DNA of 25,346 bases from Paramecium tetraurelia (Eukaryota): positions 434,001 through 459,346 of the forward strand of contig CT868474.1 in the NCBI GenBank assembly GCA_000165425.1, given 5' to 3'. Below are positions 1-12,189 of this stretch, piece by piece. The translations under genes and the position numbers were made by a program. The notes below the pieces were generated by a model. The model saw only the letters and a program-made list of their open reading frames with translations. It did no database searches and was not told where the DNA came from. Positions within the stretch are counted from its first letter, which is position 1, and every line of letters begins with the position of its first letter.

Positions 1-279
1 GTTTTCTTAACATCCTAAGTTTTCATGCTCAAAACTGATTCGAGTGTATCCTTCTCTGATTTCAATATTTAGACTTCTTTTTTGTGGAAATTCATCTCAT
101 CCTAGATGCCTTTGATTGTTTCCTGATAGAATATATAATATCAGTTTCATTACTTCCAAGCTCATTAATTTCCCCTTCAAGGATGCAGGGTTTTATGATC
201 CTGCAAAACTTTGACCTGTCTATCCCAAATCATTTCCTTTGGCAAGTGTATTTCCAGCTGACTTGAATGCGTTGCTCAT
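1..279 (-). CDS. Coiled-coil protein, 5' part only (runs off the window start)
   Basis: Code-6 translation from ATG at 279: MSNAFKSAGNTLAKGNDLGQTGQSFAGSQNPASLKGKLMSLE, then a 31-nt GT-AG intron (123-153), then ETIKGIQDEMNFHKKEVQILKSEKDTLESVLSMKTQDVKK. Charged, heptad-like pattern. Confidence 0.8.
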
Positions 280-664
280 TGAGGATGTCGAGTGTATATT
301 TATAAATTAAAATTATTATTAATTTATGAAATCTCTTATCACAATATAAAATTCTCATTATAGTTTATTATTGATTAATAAATGTTATTCAATCATCACA
401 AAATTAATTTTAATTAGTTTTTTTATTGATTCACATTATAAATAGTGCAATCAATATATAAATGTAAAATTATAAATAAAATTTTAGAACATTCATAAAG
501 CATCTTATATTAATATTAAATGAGTTCTGAAAATACTAATTATATTCTCATGGATGCTTTCAATTTGTTTGCAGTGATTAAGATTGAGTAAGATTTTCTA
601 TTAGTCCTTCTACATATTGTTTAATATTTAAAAATCAGTATTATTATTAAAATTATTAAAATAA

Positions 665-1108
665 ATGAGCTCTAATCCAAGTTCACCTCCAACTCCATAT
701 AAGAATGGATCCATACTTTTAAATAGTTACACCATTAAGGACATCCTTAGACAATCACCTAACAAGAAAATTGACCTCTATGCCAAGATAATTGTAATGG
801 AATTCGTTATTTTAGGCCATTTCTGAAGCATAATAATGTGATACAAAATATGGGCCACAATTCACCAAAAATATTTGTCTCTCAGACGGTACTGATATCA
901 TTTGGGTATCAAGTAACGTAATTTGTTTTAGGCATCCTTACAATAGAAACTTTTAAATCAGCATTAGAACGATTTTATTCTAGAAAATCAGATAGTATTA
1001 AGAAACATGATCATCGAAGAGTAGGAAGGAGTAGTTTAATTAATTGATGACATTTGGACTTCAGTGTAGACTCCTGAGTCAGTGGAAATTAATTACTTCA
1101 CTTTATGA
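665..1108 (+). CDS. Small (131 aa) single OB-fold protein, SSB/RPA-like
   Basis: ATG 665, introns 794-815 (22 nt) and 906-931 (26 nt), TGA 1106-1108. Spliced length 396 nt, in frame. The segment YTIKDIL...KIDLYAKIIAISEAQQCDTKYGPQFTKNICLSDGTDIIWASL...IVLRNMIIEEQEGVVQL follows the OB-fold strand pattern including the D-x-T turn. Confidence 0.75.
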
Positions 1109-1321
1109 AATTCTTTATAAATTTTTTATATAGATACTTCACTTTATGATTATTATTTTTAACTGCTTGTTTTTAATTTATATTATTAAAATGAATAAAC
1201 CAATTGATTAATTCCAGTTTGAAGATTCAGACGACTCCCTGTTTCATTCATATCCATTTTAATTCAAAATTAAGGCTTTAAATCTCCAATATTTTTATGA
1301 CTCTAAATCATTAATATATTT

Positions 1322-1616
1322 ATGAAAAAAATTTTATACATAGCTATTGCTTTAGCTTGTATTGTAGCTTTCATGGCATTCAACGGCAGCATTTAAGAAT
1401 CTGTTTTTAAAAGAGTGAAAAGACACGATGTCTGGGGACCAGCATGCAGATAGAAATGCGCTGACAACAAGGGTGAAATCTGCGGATTTGTTTCACAGGG
1501 TTGTTGCACAATAGTATTGAAATTTATATGTTTAGGAACGTTGCTCAACAGGATTCACTGGGTAAAATTGCGAAAATAATTATAAATTACATATCCCAGG
1601 ATGTACAACAGATTGA
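1322..1616 (+). CDS. Small secreted cysteine-rich pre-pro-peptide (90 aa)
   Basis: ATG 1322, 22-nt intron 1514-1535, TGA 1614-1616. Protein MKKILYIAIALACIVAFMAFNGSIQESVFKRVKRHDVWGPACRQKCADNKGEICGFVSQGCCTIERCSTGFTGQNCENNYKLHIPGCTTD: hydrophobic signal, RVKR basic site, 8 Cys after the site. Confidence 0.85.
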
Positions 1617-1967
1617 TTTAGATAAATATTATTACATTATCGAAAATTATCATTATATTTACTTAAGGCAACTAAATTAATAGAGTTTATATATTGTTGA
1701 TAGTAAAATTTCAAATGATAATCGTAATCGATAGCATTAGATTTACTAAAAATATTTTAATTGATCTAAAATATTAATCTAAGTATAAATAGACGCCTTT
1801 GAATAAAAAACACCTAAATATAAATCTTAATCTAATTTTAAATTTGGGTCATTTTTGGTTTATAATTTGATTTGAAATACAATTGGTTTGCATTTAAGAT
1901 CTTATCTAAATATATTTATACAAAATTATATAATTTCAAAATAAAAATAATTGAAATTCCAGTGACA

Positions 1968-3709
1968 TCAATATACCTCCTCAAAATTCACGTTCTTTTT
2001 TTTCATTAACTCATATAGTTAAGATTTAATAGGTTCTGGATTGCTGTTAAACTATTCAGACTTTAATTCAAGAAATTGATCATCACCAAATGTTGTGGTC
2101 GTGTTCTAAATTTCAGCATAAAGGATTATTATTTAATATTGAATCAAATAACAATTACAACGGAATTCCTGTAATTATTGATCCATATCACATCCAATAA
2201 TTTCTATCATATTTCTGATTATCATAAAGATTTTTTCATTATTAATTTACATAAGAGATAGTAAGTCATAGTAATTTTCAGTATCATCTATCTCTGATAA
2301 GTTGAGCTCTTATATAATATATACCTACTGATATTTATAATTCATCAATTGTAAATTTTTTAATGAATCTCTAAACGATGACTAATATTAGGAATAATCA
2401 CTTTTTTAATTAAATTTTTTTTTCTACTCATTAAGAAGCTTTTCAACTAATTTATAGTAATAATTGAAGCACCCTATGAATGAATTCTAATACTCATATT
2501 GACGGATCTTATCAGGAATTTTTTCAATGATATATTTTAATTTTTTACAACAGATTAAAATTAAATTGCAGACATTTTTTTAATTTTACCATCTATAAAT
2601 TTATGGCACTTATATGATTTCTATTTTTGACTCAATTTAAGATGGATTGGGGATTTGAATCACTGAAAATTCCTGTGTCTGACTAAGCAATGATTCCTGA
2701 GGATCATCGTTTGGCGTATTTATAATATAAAATTCAGAATTTTAATTATAGAAATCCTTCAAATGAACCAATTCTGACTCTGACGAATATAACTCCTAGA
2801 ATGTCAACCTTAAATTCACATCATATTATAGCATCTATTTAATGTTATCTCTTAGTAATTGATCATTTATTGAATCAAATTTGGCTTTTTATTTTTTAAT
2901 CTCTTTATATTGTTCCTATTAAGATTTACCTTAATAGGGATACTAACCAGTAATCATTTAATATATGCAGACTCCCAAACTATAAATATCTGCTGGAAAA
3001 GAATACTTTCTTCCGCATAAAACTTCAGGAGCTAAAATGTAAAATAAAATTAAATCTACCCATATTAAAATAGCTTCCGGCTAAAGTTTTTGTCTCCTCT
3101 AATAATTATTTAGCGAAGCCAAAATCAATTAGTTTATAACTAGCATTTCTAAAAATTGAGTCATAGAGAGATTAGTTTTTGTTATTCAGATTTTTTAGAT
3201 CCTCCTTCCTAATAACTACTCCTATATTTTCCAACTTCAAATCTCTATGAATGATTTTATTTTTGTGTAAATAAAATAATCCATTGATTAATTGTTTAAT
3301 AATAACAATTACAATTTTTTCTGGTATCTTGTTGTTATAATAATCTCTACTCATTTTCTACAAATCCATTTCACAATACTAAAGTTATATAAATAATAAA
3401 GTTGACTTCTAAGACTAAAAGTTGTGCCTTGCCTAATTCAGCACTTTCATACAATTTGATAACATTTTCATTGTCGCACCGCTCTAATAATGAAGTTTCA
3501 TTTTTCAAAATATTGGTAATGTTTGCAGCTCTTTCTGTATCAATCACCTAAAAAATTAATAAGGAACTAAAGACCTTAATAGCTACAAAGTTTCCATCTT
3601 TTTTTTTACACTAATAGACTGTTGAAAATGCTCCTTATCCGCATTACTCTGGATTTGTATACTTATTTCCAAACTGTTCCTGTATAAGCTTGTAATGATA
3701 ATTTTACAT
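1968..3709 (-). CDS. Ser/Thr protein kinase with N-terminal catalytic domain and long C-terminal extension
   Basis: Code-6 translation gives GQGAFSTVY, VAIK, HRDLKLEN, DFGFAK, (M)APE split by an intron, and DIYSLG. At least three 27-28 nt introns. Ends ...KKNVNFEEVY, TGA at 1968-1970. C-terminal exon structure not fully traced. Confidence 0.92.
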
Positions 3710-4063
3710 TGTTTTTAATAGAAATACTAATTTGAAAGTTGAAATATTATTGAAAATAAATAGAGATATTATATATATAGTTTAAATTTTGTGAAATGTA
3801 ATAAATAACTAGTGAATTAACTTTAATTTGATTTAGAGTTATTAAAATAATATATCTTATGTAATAAAGTTAATTTGCCAATGAGATTTCTGAATTGAAT
3901 GTTGTAATATGATTGAGATCAATAGGGAAATGAGGAATGGGGTGTGACTATTATGTAACATGTATTTATGAGTTTGATAATGAATATTGGATATGAAATA
4001 TTTAAGAATGCGAATATCATTATATTAATAAATAAGAATAGTCGTTTTTATTATTTAAAATAA

Positions 4064-5205
4064 ATGAGAACAGGATTATTAATTTGCCTGATTTTGGGAG
4101 TGTTGAGCGTTGAACTCAATATGGAGAGACATTCAGAAGAAGTTTTGGCCAAATTAAGAGAATCTAAATGGGCTTCCTTCATAGTTGACTTCGCAGAGGT
4201 GGAATTGGGAAGTGGAGGAGCCTTGACAGAATTGGTCGAAGCTATCAATTAATTGATTGACTAATTAGAGGAGGAATTAGATGACATTCATCATGTTTAC
4301 TCCAGAAGAACCGACGAACATAACAGAGATGTCACAAGATATGAATAAGAAATTTAAGATGCTGACAGAGGTTAATGTTTAAATAATATTGTTAGATATT
4401 TTCAATGGAGAAGATTTCATTGACAACGTTCTCATTCCATAAAAGTAAAGATTCCAAGATGCTCTTGCTCAATTGAAAACCAACATTGAGGAAAACAGAA
4501 GAATTCTTGATTCAGAAACAGTCAACAGAAAGAAATAACACGAGTAATTCTTATCCAACATAGCTGAAATCAATGAAGCTATTGGTGCTGTCGATGAATC
4601 CTTAGGATTACTTTCTTAAATTACTAACCCATCTCTTGTCTAATTCAAGAGAGTCCAAACCAACTTGGGTAGAATTCAAACATCATTCTAAAACCATTCT
4701 TCATTTGCTCCAATCATCAAAGCCTTACTTGAATTAGCAACAGAATAAAACTTCGCCGATTAAGGATCAGTGTCATAATTGGTCAAGATCTTCAATGAAT
4801 TGAGAGTCCAATTCGTTGATACCTTAAACCAAGAAACAGCCGATGAGAGTTCAGCTGAAACCAAATTTGCCGAAAGAGTAGCCTAATTAGAAAAGGAATT
4901 CGCTGAATTCTAAAGAGCTGTCCTCATCAAGAATTCTGAAATTGCCGCTAACGAATGTATCAATTCATAATAACATTTCAGAAAAACTAGGAGAAACCAT
5001 CGTCTATGTCGGATAAAGAAAAGATGACAGAGCCACTCTCCAAGCATAATTATAAGCTGAAAACGACAACTACGCTTCTGAGACCGATCTCTACAACAGA
5101 ACTGTTGCAGAATACACCAAAGAAATCGAGATCAGTAAGCAAGCTCTTGGTTTATTAACCTAACCAAGCTTTGAATAATATGTCAAATCTAAAGTTGGCA
5201 TTTGA
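4064..5205 (+). CDS. TMP: Trichocyst matrix protein precursor (TMP / granule-lattice family), 363 aa
   Basis: Signal peptide [15 protein letters not shown], acidic coiled-coil body, [18 protein letters not shown] and LLELATEQNFADQG motifs typical of TMP precursors. Two 25-nt introns (4371-4395, 4957-4981). Spliced length 1092 nt, TGA 5203-5205. Confidence 0.9.
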
Positions 5206-5256
5206 TCCATATTGGCACATTCAAATAATATATTAACAATCATTATTCCAATCTCA

Positions 5257-6538
5257 TCATTACTTTAAGTGATGATTTATAATCTACTATTGCTAATGCG
5301 TTTCTCCAGTAGTTTTCTTCATTTCCTCAAATATATCAGCCCTTATTTAAACTGGCAACGAGGATTCTATCCCTCCAAACAACTTGTCATTCTCTTCCTC
5401 CTTCATAACTATGGGCTACTACTAGATTGAGTGGAGCAAACTGGGATTCATATACAAAAAACTCATCATGGGAGTTTCAAACTTGTACATTCGATTCATT
5501 TCAGGATCAGATGAGGACTTTAAGGATTCCTTTAACCAATTTTAAAAATCTTAATACTGCTTCAAAGCCTCAGGGTATTAATTTACTCTGTAAGAGTCTG
5601 ATCTTATGGAATCTTAAAAAAATGAAAAGGGGTCTATTATTTACGGGAATTGTGATTATTATATTTGAGAATGTTACAATGAGGGGAATTGTGATTAAGA
5701 AAATTACATTTATTATTGCTATTACTAAGATTATTAAGTTTAAAACTATGTAAATGGTATTGATTAACATTGAGACTCTGGTTACTTTTGCTATTATTTG
5801 TTTTCCTGAAGAATTCCTTTTGGCATTTCCTCTTATTATTCTTCCATTTTGAATGATTTTTAAATTTTCTTGAATTTTCTTATTTTCTTCATTCCCTGAC
5901 TCTATTTCAATCCTTCCTCATCCAAAACCCTCACTTTACTAGGTACGATATAATAAGGGTTCTACACTTTTCCATATTATTTTCTTATAAATGAATAAAA
6001 TCTATTTTTGATCATGTTTTCCTAAATTTTATTTAATTATTACAGGCCTTCCAGGCATTTTCTTTGACATATCTGACCATCTTGTACCCATCTTCTAATA
6101 CATTTCCCAAATCTTTTTATCTTCCTACTTAGTCCAAGGCGTTTTTATGATATTGGAATCTAAATGGTTAACATACCTCTCTCTTATTTATCTGCCAGTT
6201 CTATTGGGTATCTCATTAGCTATTTATTTCCAGTTAAATTAATAAATTTTTGTAAGTCTCAATACTTCTTTATCCTCCTCCTCAGTCCACTTTTGATTTC
6301 TTTCATTCTACCCTTATTTAAATCTTCTTACTTCTTTTGGTTTTATTCTTTTCCATCTTTAAGCGCATTAGGATGCATTCCTACCCGGAACAAACTCAGC
6401 AATCAGCTTCCAATTTGAACCGTGTTTAGAAACTGCAGCCTGCAATTTATTGTCCTCTTCCTCTTTCCAATACTTTCGACTTTGTAATTTTTGATCGCAA
6501 TCTTATTCAATAACTTAATGATTTCCTCTTCTTTTCAT
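5257..6538 (-). CDS. Three-repeat Myb transcription factor with Gln-rich C-terminus
   Basis: Three Myb repeats: YWKEEEDNKL...NWKLIAEFVPGRNASQCAQRW; KWTEEEDKEV...NWKQIANEIPNRTGRQIRERYVNHL; PWTKQEDKKI...RWSDMSKKMPGRPENMIKNRF. Two short introns. TGA at 5257-5259. The start may lie further upstream. Confidence 0.92.
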
Positions 6539-7345
6539 TCTAATGAATATATTTGTTGTTAAGTCGTACCTTTATCTTCTGGGAATAACAATGTATATTA
6601 ATTTGTTAAAGAAATTCAATATTAAAAATTGGAGGAATTCTTTAAATTCCCCGATTTTAGCATTTCTTATAAGAAAAGATGTTCCTCCTTCATTTAACAA
6701 CTTAAACAGCATCACTTATATACTTATATAATGAAAAAAAGCCAAAAATATTCAAGATTGATTTTTATGAATAAACATTCTTTTTAAATTAATTATATAA
6801 ATATACTGAATTTCTTGATAGATCAACATAAACTGAAAGTCGAATTTTTAATCTGATACACCACAATAAATCTCTTAAATGTTCAATTTAAATTATAAGA
6901 TCATAATTAAATCTATATCTTTTATAAACTAATTAAAAAGTAACATTATCTTAAAGTAAAAAGATATGATAGCTTCATTAACTCTATAAATTCTTAAATC
7001 AAGTTATTTATAATCTCATTATTTAATTTAGAGAGTTCAATCTCTATATGTAAAATATTTTATGATTGAAATAAATTTTTCATAATTAGCTATGGAATGG
7101 CATATTTTTTAATTAAAATTTTAATTAAAAATGAAGAACAATTTAAATATTATTTATTTGCGTTATATTCCATCTTATTATTTCTACCTGCCTGATTTGA
7201 ATGTTTGCAAAATAAAAAACATAATTTTATTTAAAACATTTATCAATTATTCATTTATTCATATTGAAAGAATTAAATTATGAAGCATAGAATTATCAAA
7301 TGAGAATAGAATAAAAAATGAATTTTTTTATAGATCGTCATGTCT

Positions 7346-7804
7346 TCAGTTTACTAATTTCTTTATATTTTTGCTGATTTTTTGACAATATTTTTTTTTA
7401 AATTTCTATATGTTTCTTGAAGGATTTGATTCTAAATAATTTATTTCGTCAACTTCCAAAATAGTTATATCTTCAGAATTAATAAAATTACTCTAAAGGA
7501 CTTTATTTGAATTTGTCCATTCTTATTCTATGTTCTATTCCAAATTTTATTTTTATTCAAAAAATTAATTGCTTTACGAGTAGTTAAAGTAATTTTGCTT
7601 CAAATTTGTAATGTCCAGTTTGGTTTATACTTTCTTTGATTAATTAGCATCTTCAAATATGTCCTTTCCCATTCTTTTTTGTAAATGCGAACCAATGTTG
7701 GAGCCATCTTCACATCTTTCAAGAATAGTATCCACCCTATTAAGTGGAAAGAAATTGCACTTCTTTCTTTAATTAGCATATAAATATGTTCTTTAACAAT
7801 CCAT
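7346..7804 (-). CDS. Hypothetical protein (152 aa, intronless)
   Basis: Uninterrupted code-6 frame from ATG 7804 to TGA 7346-7348 (459 nt): MDCQRTYLYANQRKKCNFFPLNRVDTILERCEDG...KISKNIKKLVN. Flanked by AT-rich spacer. No recognisable domain. Confidence 0.6.
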
Positions 7805-9011
7805 AAATATATATTTATATTAATATTTTATTTTTTATGAGCAAACATTAGCTATTAAAATGAAAGATTTATTCTATTAATGAGTTCTCATTAATTTATA
7901 AATTAAAGTGGATGAAGCGGTTTAGAAAACTTTATTTGATGCAATGATATATAAATTATGTCAATCTAGGATTTTATTGGGAAATTACTATTAGAACAAA
8001 ATTCTGAAATTAGGATCACTAAAACCCTCAACCACTAATAAAGCCTTTATTTTCTCACATAAAACCCTTTAAAATCTAAACCTATGTAAAATTAGTTTAA
8101 TAGACTCATTCAGGATAATAAATAAATTCATTTAGAAATTATAACGGTTGGTGGAGAAGAATTCTTATTATTCAATTATGCCATATTTTGAGGATATTAA
8201 ATGGGGAATAATTCGCACTCATGAATGAATATAAATAATTAGAATTTCATTGCAGAAATCTAATATAATCTCAAGTAACAAATATATATGTTATTGATGA
8301 TTAATTATTGAGTATAAAATTTGAGTCTGTGCAAAGATTCTTAGATTTGAAACAATTCAAAAATATTCTGATTTTTCTCATGTTATCATTTTATAATATA
8401 ATTAAATTTTTATAAAAAATTAATTTTATTAATGTATACAATGATTTTTATAAAATTACTTTAAAAACCAAAGCTTTCTTATTTTTTGAAATACACAAAT
8501 TCTAACTAATAAATTAGATGATAGTTGTGATAAGTTTTATCTTGAAGATATTAATCAACTGAATTTTATAGCCAATTGTTTAACAGTAAAAAATTCCTAT
8601 ATTATCTTTTAGATTTTAATATCTTTCTTTTTTTTTTTCAAACTATTATTCTCTTTAATTAACATATTTGTGTCGTTTTAATACCATAAATATTCCACTC
8701 CTATTTGAAAGCATTAAAATTACATCAGCACTTTCTGTTATTTCATCAATGTTTAAATAAGAATATAAATGATTTAGAATTTTATTGATCTATTCTGATT
8801 GTATTTAATATTAATCATCTAACCCATCAATATATATATTATATATGACTATATCAAGTAGTATTGTCATAGATTAAGCATTACCTTTCCTAAAGAATGG
8901 AAAATGCTTATATGACTTTATTCTTGAGTCTTAATTTAAGGAATGTATTAACAATAGCATGAACGTATTCAATTGGTTATTTTAATACACAGATTTAGAT
9001 ATTTATCATTT

Positions 9012-10207
9012 ATGATTTGTTTCTTTTTCTTTATAATATTGAATTAAGCAAATACACATAATTGGCCTTATCTGCCAGTCATTAGCTACTACAATGTATT
9101 GCAATTAACTATGTAGATTGCTTTCATGTTGGAAGCAGAAATCCACGGTACTTAATTGTACTTTATCATTGATACTGGGTCAAGTGTGACCATGATAGAG
9201 TCTATTTATAAACAATCTCAAACATTTCAAAATCTAAACTAAACTTATGAGCAGCAATATGACTTAGGTAAATGCAAGGGAGTTTTTGGAATGGATAGAC
9301 TAGTGCTATCAAAATAATTGTATATTCCTTAATTTACGATGGCATATGGGACATGTTAGAAAATGCCTGTACACTTATTAACGATATTAGTTCTTTGATT
9401 AATACATTGGACTGATGGGTTTGTCAAACAGATTTCAAGTGAAACATGTTTTCGAGGATTAATAATTTCATAGTTCCATCTTTGGATTGGAGTTTAGGAA
9501 AAACAGTGAGTCGAGACTCTATTACAATATCACAAACATAGAGGAGAAGGTCACTTGGCATTAATTGAATGTAGATCACAGATGGATGATCAAGATGCTG
9601 GGTGTTTATGTTGACAACGAAGACGTGACTGATATATTTACAGGCAGTGCCTTTCTAGACAGCGGATATAGTTGTTTGGTTCTGACTTAAAGTAAATGAA
9701 GATTGCATATAATAAGATTAATTTGCGTATATTTGGGAAAAGAATTTGAAATCCTTATGTAAAATAATCGATAAATCAATATATTGTGATTGCAACTATA
9801 ATAATTTCCCCAACTTCACAATATATTTTGAAGGTGCCAAAATTATTATTGAATCTTAGAATTACTTTCCATATTCATATAGTAATGCATAAATTAATTT
9901 ATAGATGACAAGCTTTGTAAGTTGTGTATCAGCCAACATAATCGAGATTATTTGATTTTAGGATTGCCATTCATAATGTCCACAACTGTGTTATTCGATA
10001 AAACTAATCAAAAGATTGGTTTAGTTGAGTAAGCATCATACATATATTTTTAGTTCATTTGACATTCATTAAATATCTCCAATATATTTTCATCTCCAAC
10101 TCATAATAGTCGGCACTTTAACATTAGTCATTATATTCTATGCCTCATAGAAGGAACGGACTTTTGTTAAAGTTGATATTGAACTTCGAAATTTGGAATA
10201 TTTATGA
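9012..10207 (+). CDS. Pepsin-family (A1) aspartic protease with C-terminal transmembrane anchor
   Basis: Hydrophobic N-terminus MICFFFFIILN, FIIDTGSS (Asp codon 9171), GLMGLS, AFLDSGYS (Asp codon 9658), FDKTNQKIGL, then hydrophobic LIIVGTLTLVIIFYA. Several 21-25 nt introns. TGA 10205-10207. Confidence 0.9.
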
Positions 10208-10251
10208 TTCTCATCAATGTTTATAGGTTTATAAATTCAGTAAATAATAAT

Positions 10252-12189
10252 TCAATTCTTTTTTGAATAACTTGATATTCTTTGGGCCAAAGCAGAGTTC
10301 CCTTTGAATTACTCAACGAGTTTTTAAATGATTTCGCTGTTCTGATGTGAACTGTTATTATTGTGATTAGTGGCTTGATGAGAAGAGCTATTATCAACAC
10401 TATAAAATAAATCATAAAAGAAGTCGATTACCTAAATTCTGAAGTCTTGTTATAGAATTATTGTCTAGTATCTTATTATGGTTATTTTTTCAAAGCATTT
10501 GAGCCATTATTAGAATTTCTATGTTAATAAATGATACTTACTTGGGAGAATTCAAAAATTTTAATGTTGGTGATGGATTATGAGATCTACTTTAAGGGGA
10601 ATTTTAGGATTTAAATGTTTTTCTAAAATAACTGATGAATTATTACTTGATTCCTTCTTGTCTTTGTTTAAGGGATTCTTTGATTATTTTTAGATCAATC
10701 ATGGAATTAGTTTGTAAGGATCGTACAAATTGTGATTGTTTTCTAAGAGTATCCGTTTGGGATAAATTATCTGAAATATGATTATAATAATTTACTTAAT
10801 TTTGATTGCAATTCATTGATGATTTGATCTTTAGATGCCAATTAATTTTGCAATTTAGTTGTCAACTCATTTAATTCTAATTTCTCCTATTTGATTCCCA
10901 AGATTTATAGATTAAGTTCATTCATTTTTGAATCAACGGATGTATCTACTGGTTTTCTATTAATTTATTAATCATAATCTTAGTAGATTTTTGATAATTA
11001 TGCTCTAAGTAATTTGATTTCTCCTAATTCAGCCTTGAGACTAGTAATTAAGGTTCGATGTTCATCCATCTTTTCTTCTTCATCCATATTGAGAATCTAT
11101 TTAATCTTGTTTTATAAGAGTTGGATCAAATCAAATAGATCTTTTTTATTAAAATCAATTGATTGATCTATTAATCGTAAGATTTGTCCAATTTTATATT
11201 GAACACTTTCGTATTAGGTTTAAGTTAAATAAACTTCTTTTTGATTTTTTACATTCATTTCAGTGAATGATTAAGATAACGATACATGATAAGGCTGTTT
11301 AATTGATTGTTGTTGATTGATGTATGGCTGTTAAAAGGTAATTTAAGATTTGGTTAACAATGATTGATGTTATATTTAATCTTGTGGTTGTGACTGAGAT
11401 TTTAGCATTGTAATTTAGAATTTTGCATTATTTAGATCGTTCTTTAATGAGACTAATTATTTCTTATAAAACTCCTCTTAATCATACAATTATTCATTCA
11501 GTGTTGTAATTTTATATTCAGTTTCCAATTGGATTTCAATTTATTTGACTTTTTCTTGATTACATTTCTTCTTAAGTATGAAATTCTCTTTTTCCAACTC
11601 CTTGGTTTTAACATCCATGACAGCAATTTATTCCTTGTACTAGAGATAGAGAAAGGGCTTACTTCTTCTTTCAATCTGCTGTTCTCAAGTTCTAGACGAG
11701 CTATCAAGTCTTTTTCCAAGTACTTCTTACTGAACTTTAATTACTAACTATTGACCATACTCATATTGTCTAAATTAAAATCTTAACTTGAGGGTTTGGA
11801 CAGCTTAATAGATGAGAGTTTAAGATTACATTTTACAATTGACTTGGTGTTTATTCTTCTGGTATTTCTGAAAGGGGATTGTTAAAGACTGACTTGGAAT
11901 AGAGCATGTCATCATCATCTTGATTCATACCCATAATTTAAGAATGCGTTAAGAATGGGACTCTAGGAGATGAAACATCTATTTAAGTCTTTGGAGTAGT
12001 TTCTGTTGGAATCTCTTGCTCTTCAGGTTCTAAATGTTCAATATTCCTTATGGCAGTTTTGGGAGTGTCCTTTTGTTATTGGTTGTTGCAAGAGGGAAAA
12101 GAAACTCGATATGGTATGTTGATGTCCAGTTCTCGCTTGATATGTAAAGGAGATTGCTCTTCTTCATATATCATCTCCACTTAATCCAT
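10252..12189 (-). CDS. Gln/Ser-rich coiled-coil hypothetical protein
   Basis: ATG 12189 (MDQVEMIYEEEQSPLHIKRELDINIPYRVSFP...), central coiled coil (LEKDLIARLELENSRLKEE), last exon ...EIIQKLVEQFKGNSALAQRISSYSKKN, TGA 10252-10254 after a 32-nt intron. Internal introns not all traced. Confidence 0.75.

Noticed and set aside
84..266. ORF-track + strand 60-aa ORF
   Set aside because: Antisense shadow of the minus-strand coiled-coil gene (1-279).
4051..4248. ORF-track - strand 65-aa ORF
   Set aside because: Antisense to the trichocyst matrix protein gene.
5427..6731. ORF-track ORFs 5427-5753, 5570-5770, 6164-6418, 6543-6731
   Set aside because: Antisense or off-frame shadows of the Myb gene and its upstream region. 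The Ile-rich look comes from poly-Gln TAA/TAG codons read out of frame.
6730..7340. Long AT-rich spacer as retained IES or ncRNA
   Set aside because: No convincing TAYAG-type inverted ends, tRNA/rRNA structure or repeat seen; treated as intergenic.
7944..8228. 94-codon + strand code-6 ORF (MIYKLCQSRILLG...IIRTHE)
   Set aside because: With TGA as the only stop, frames of this length arise by chance in AT-rich DNA, and there is no motif or intron support. A decayed gene cannot be excluded.
10221..11747. ORF-track ORFs 10221-10415, 11498-11719, 11529-11747 as separate genes
   Set aside because: Off-frame, partial or antisense readings within the single minus-strand gene 10252-12189.
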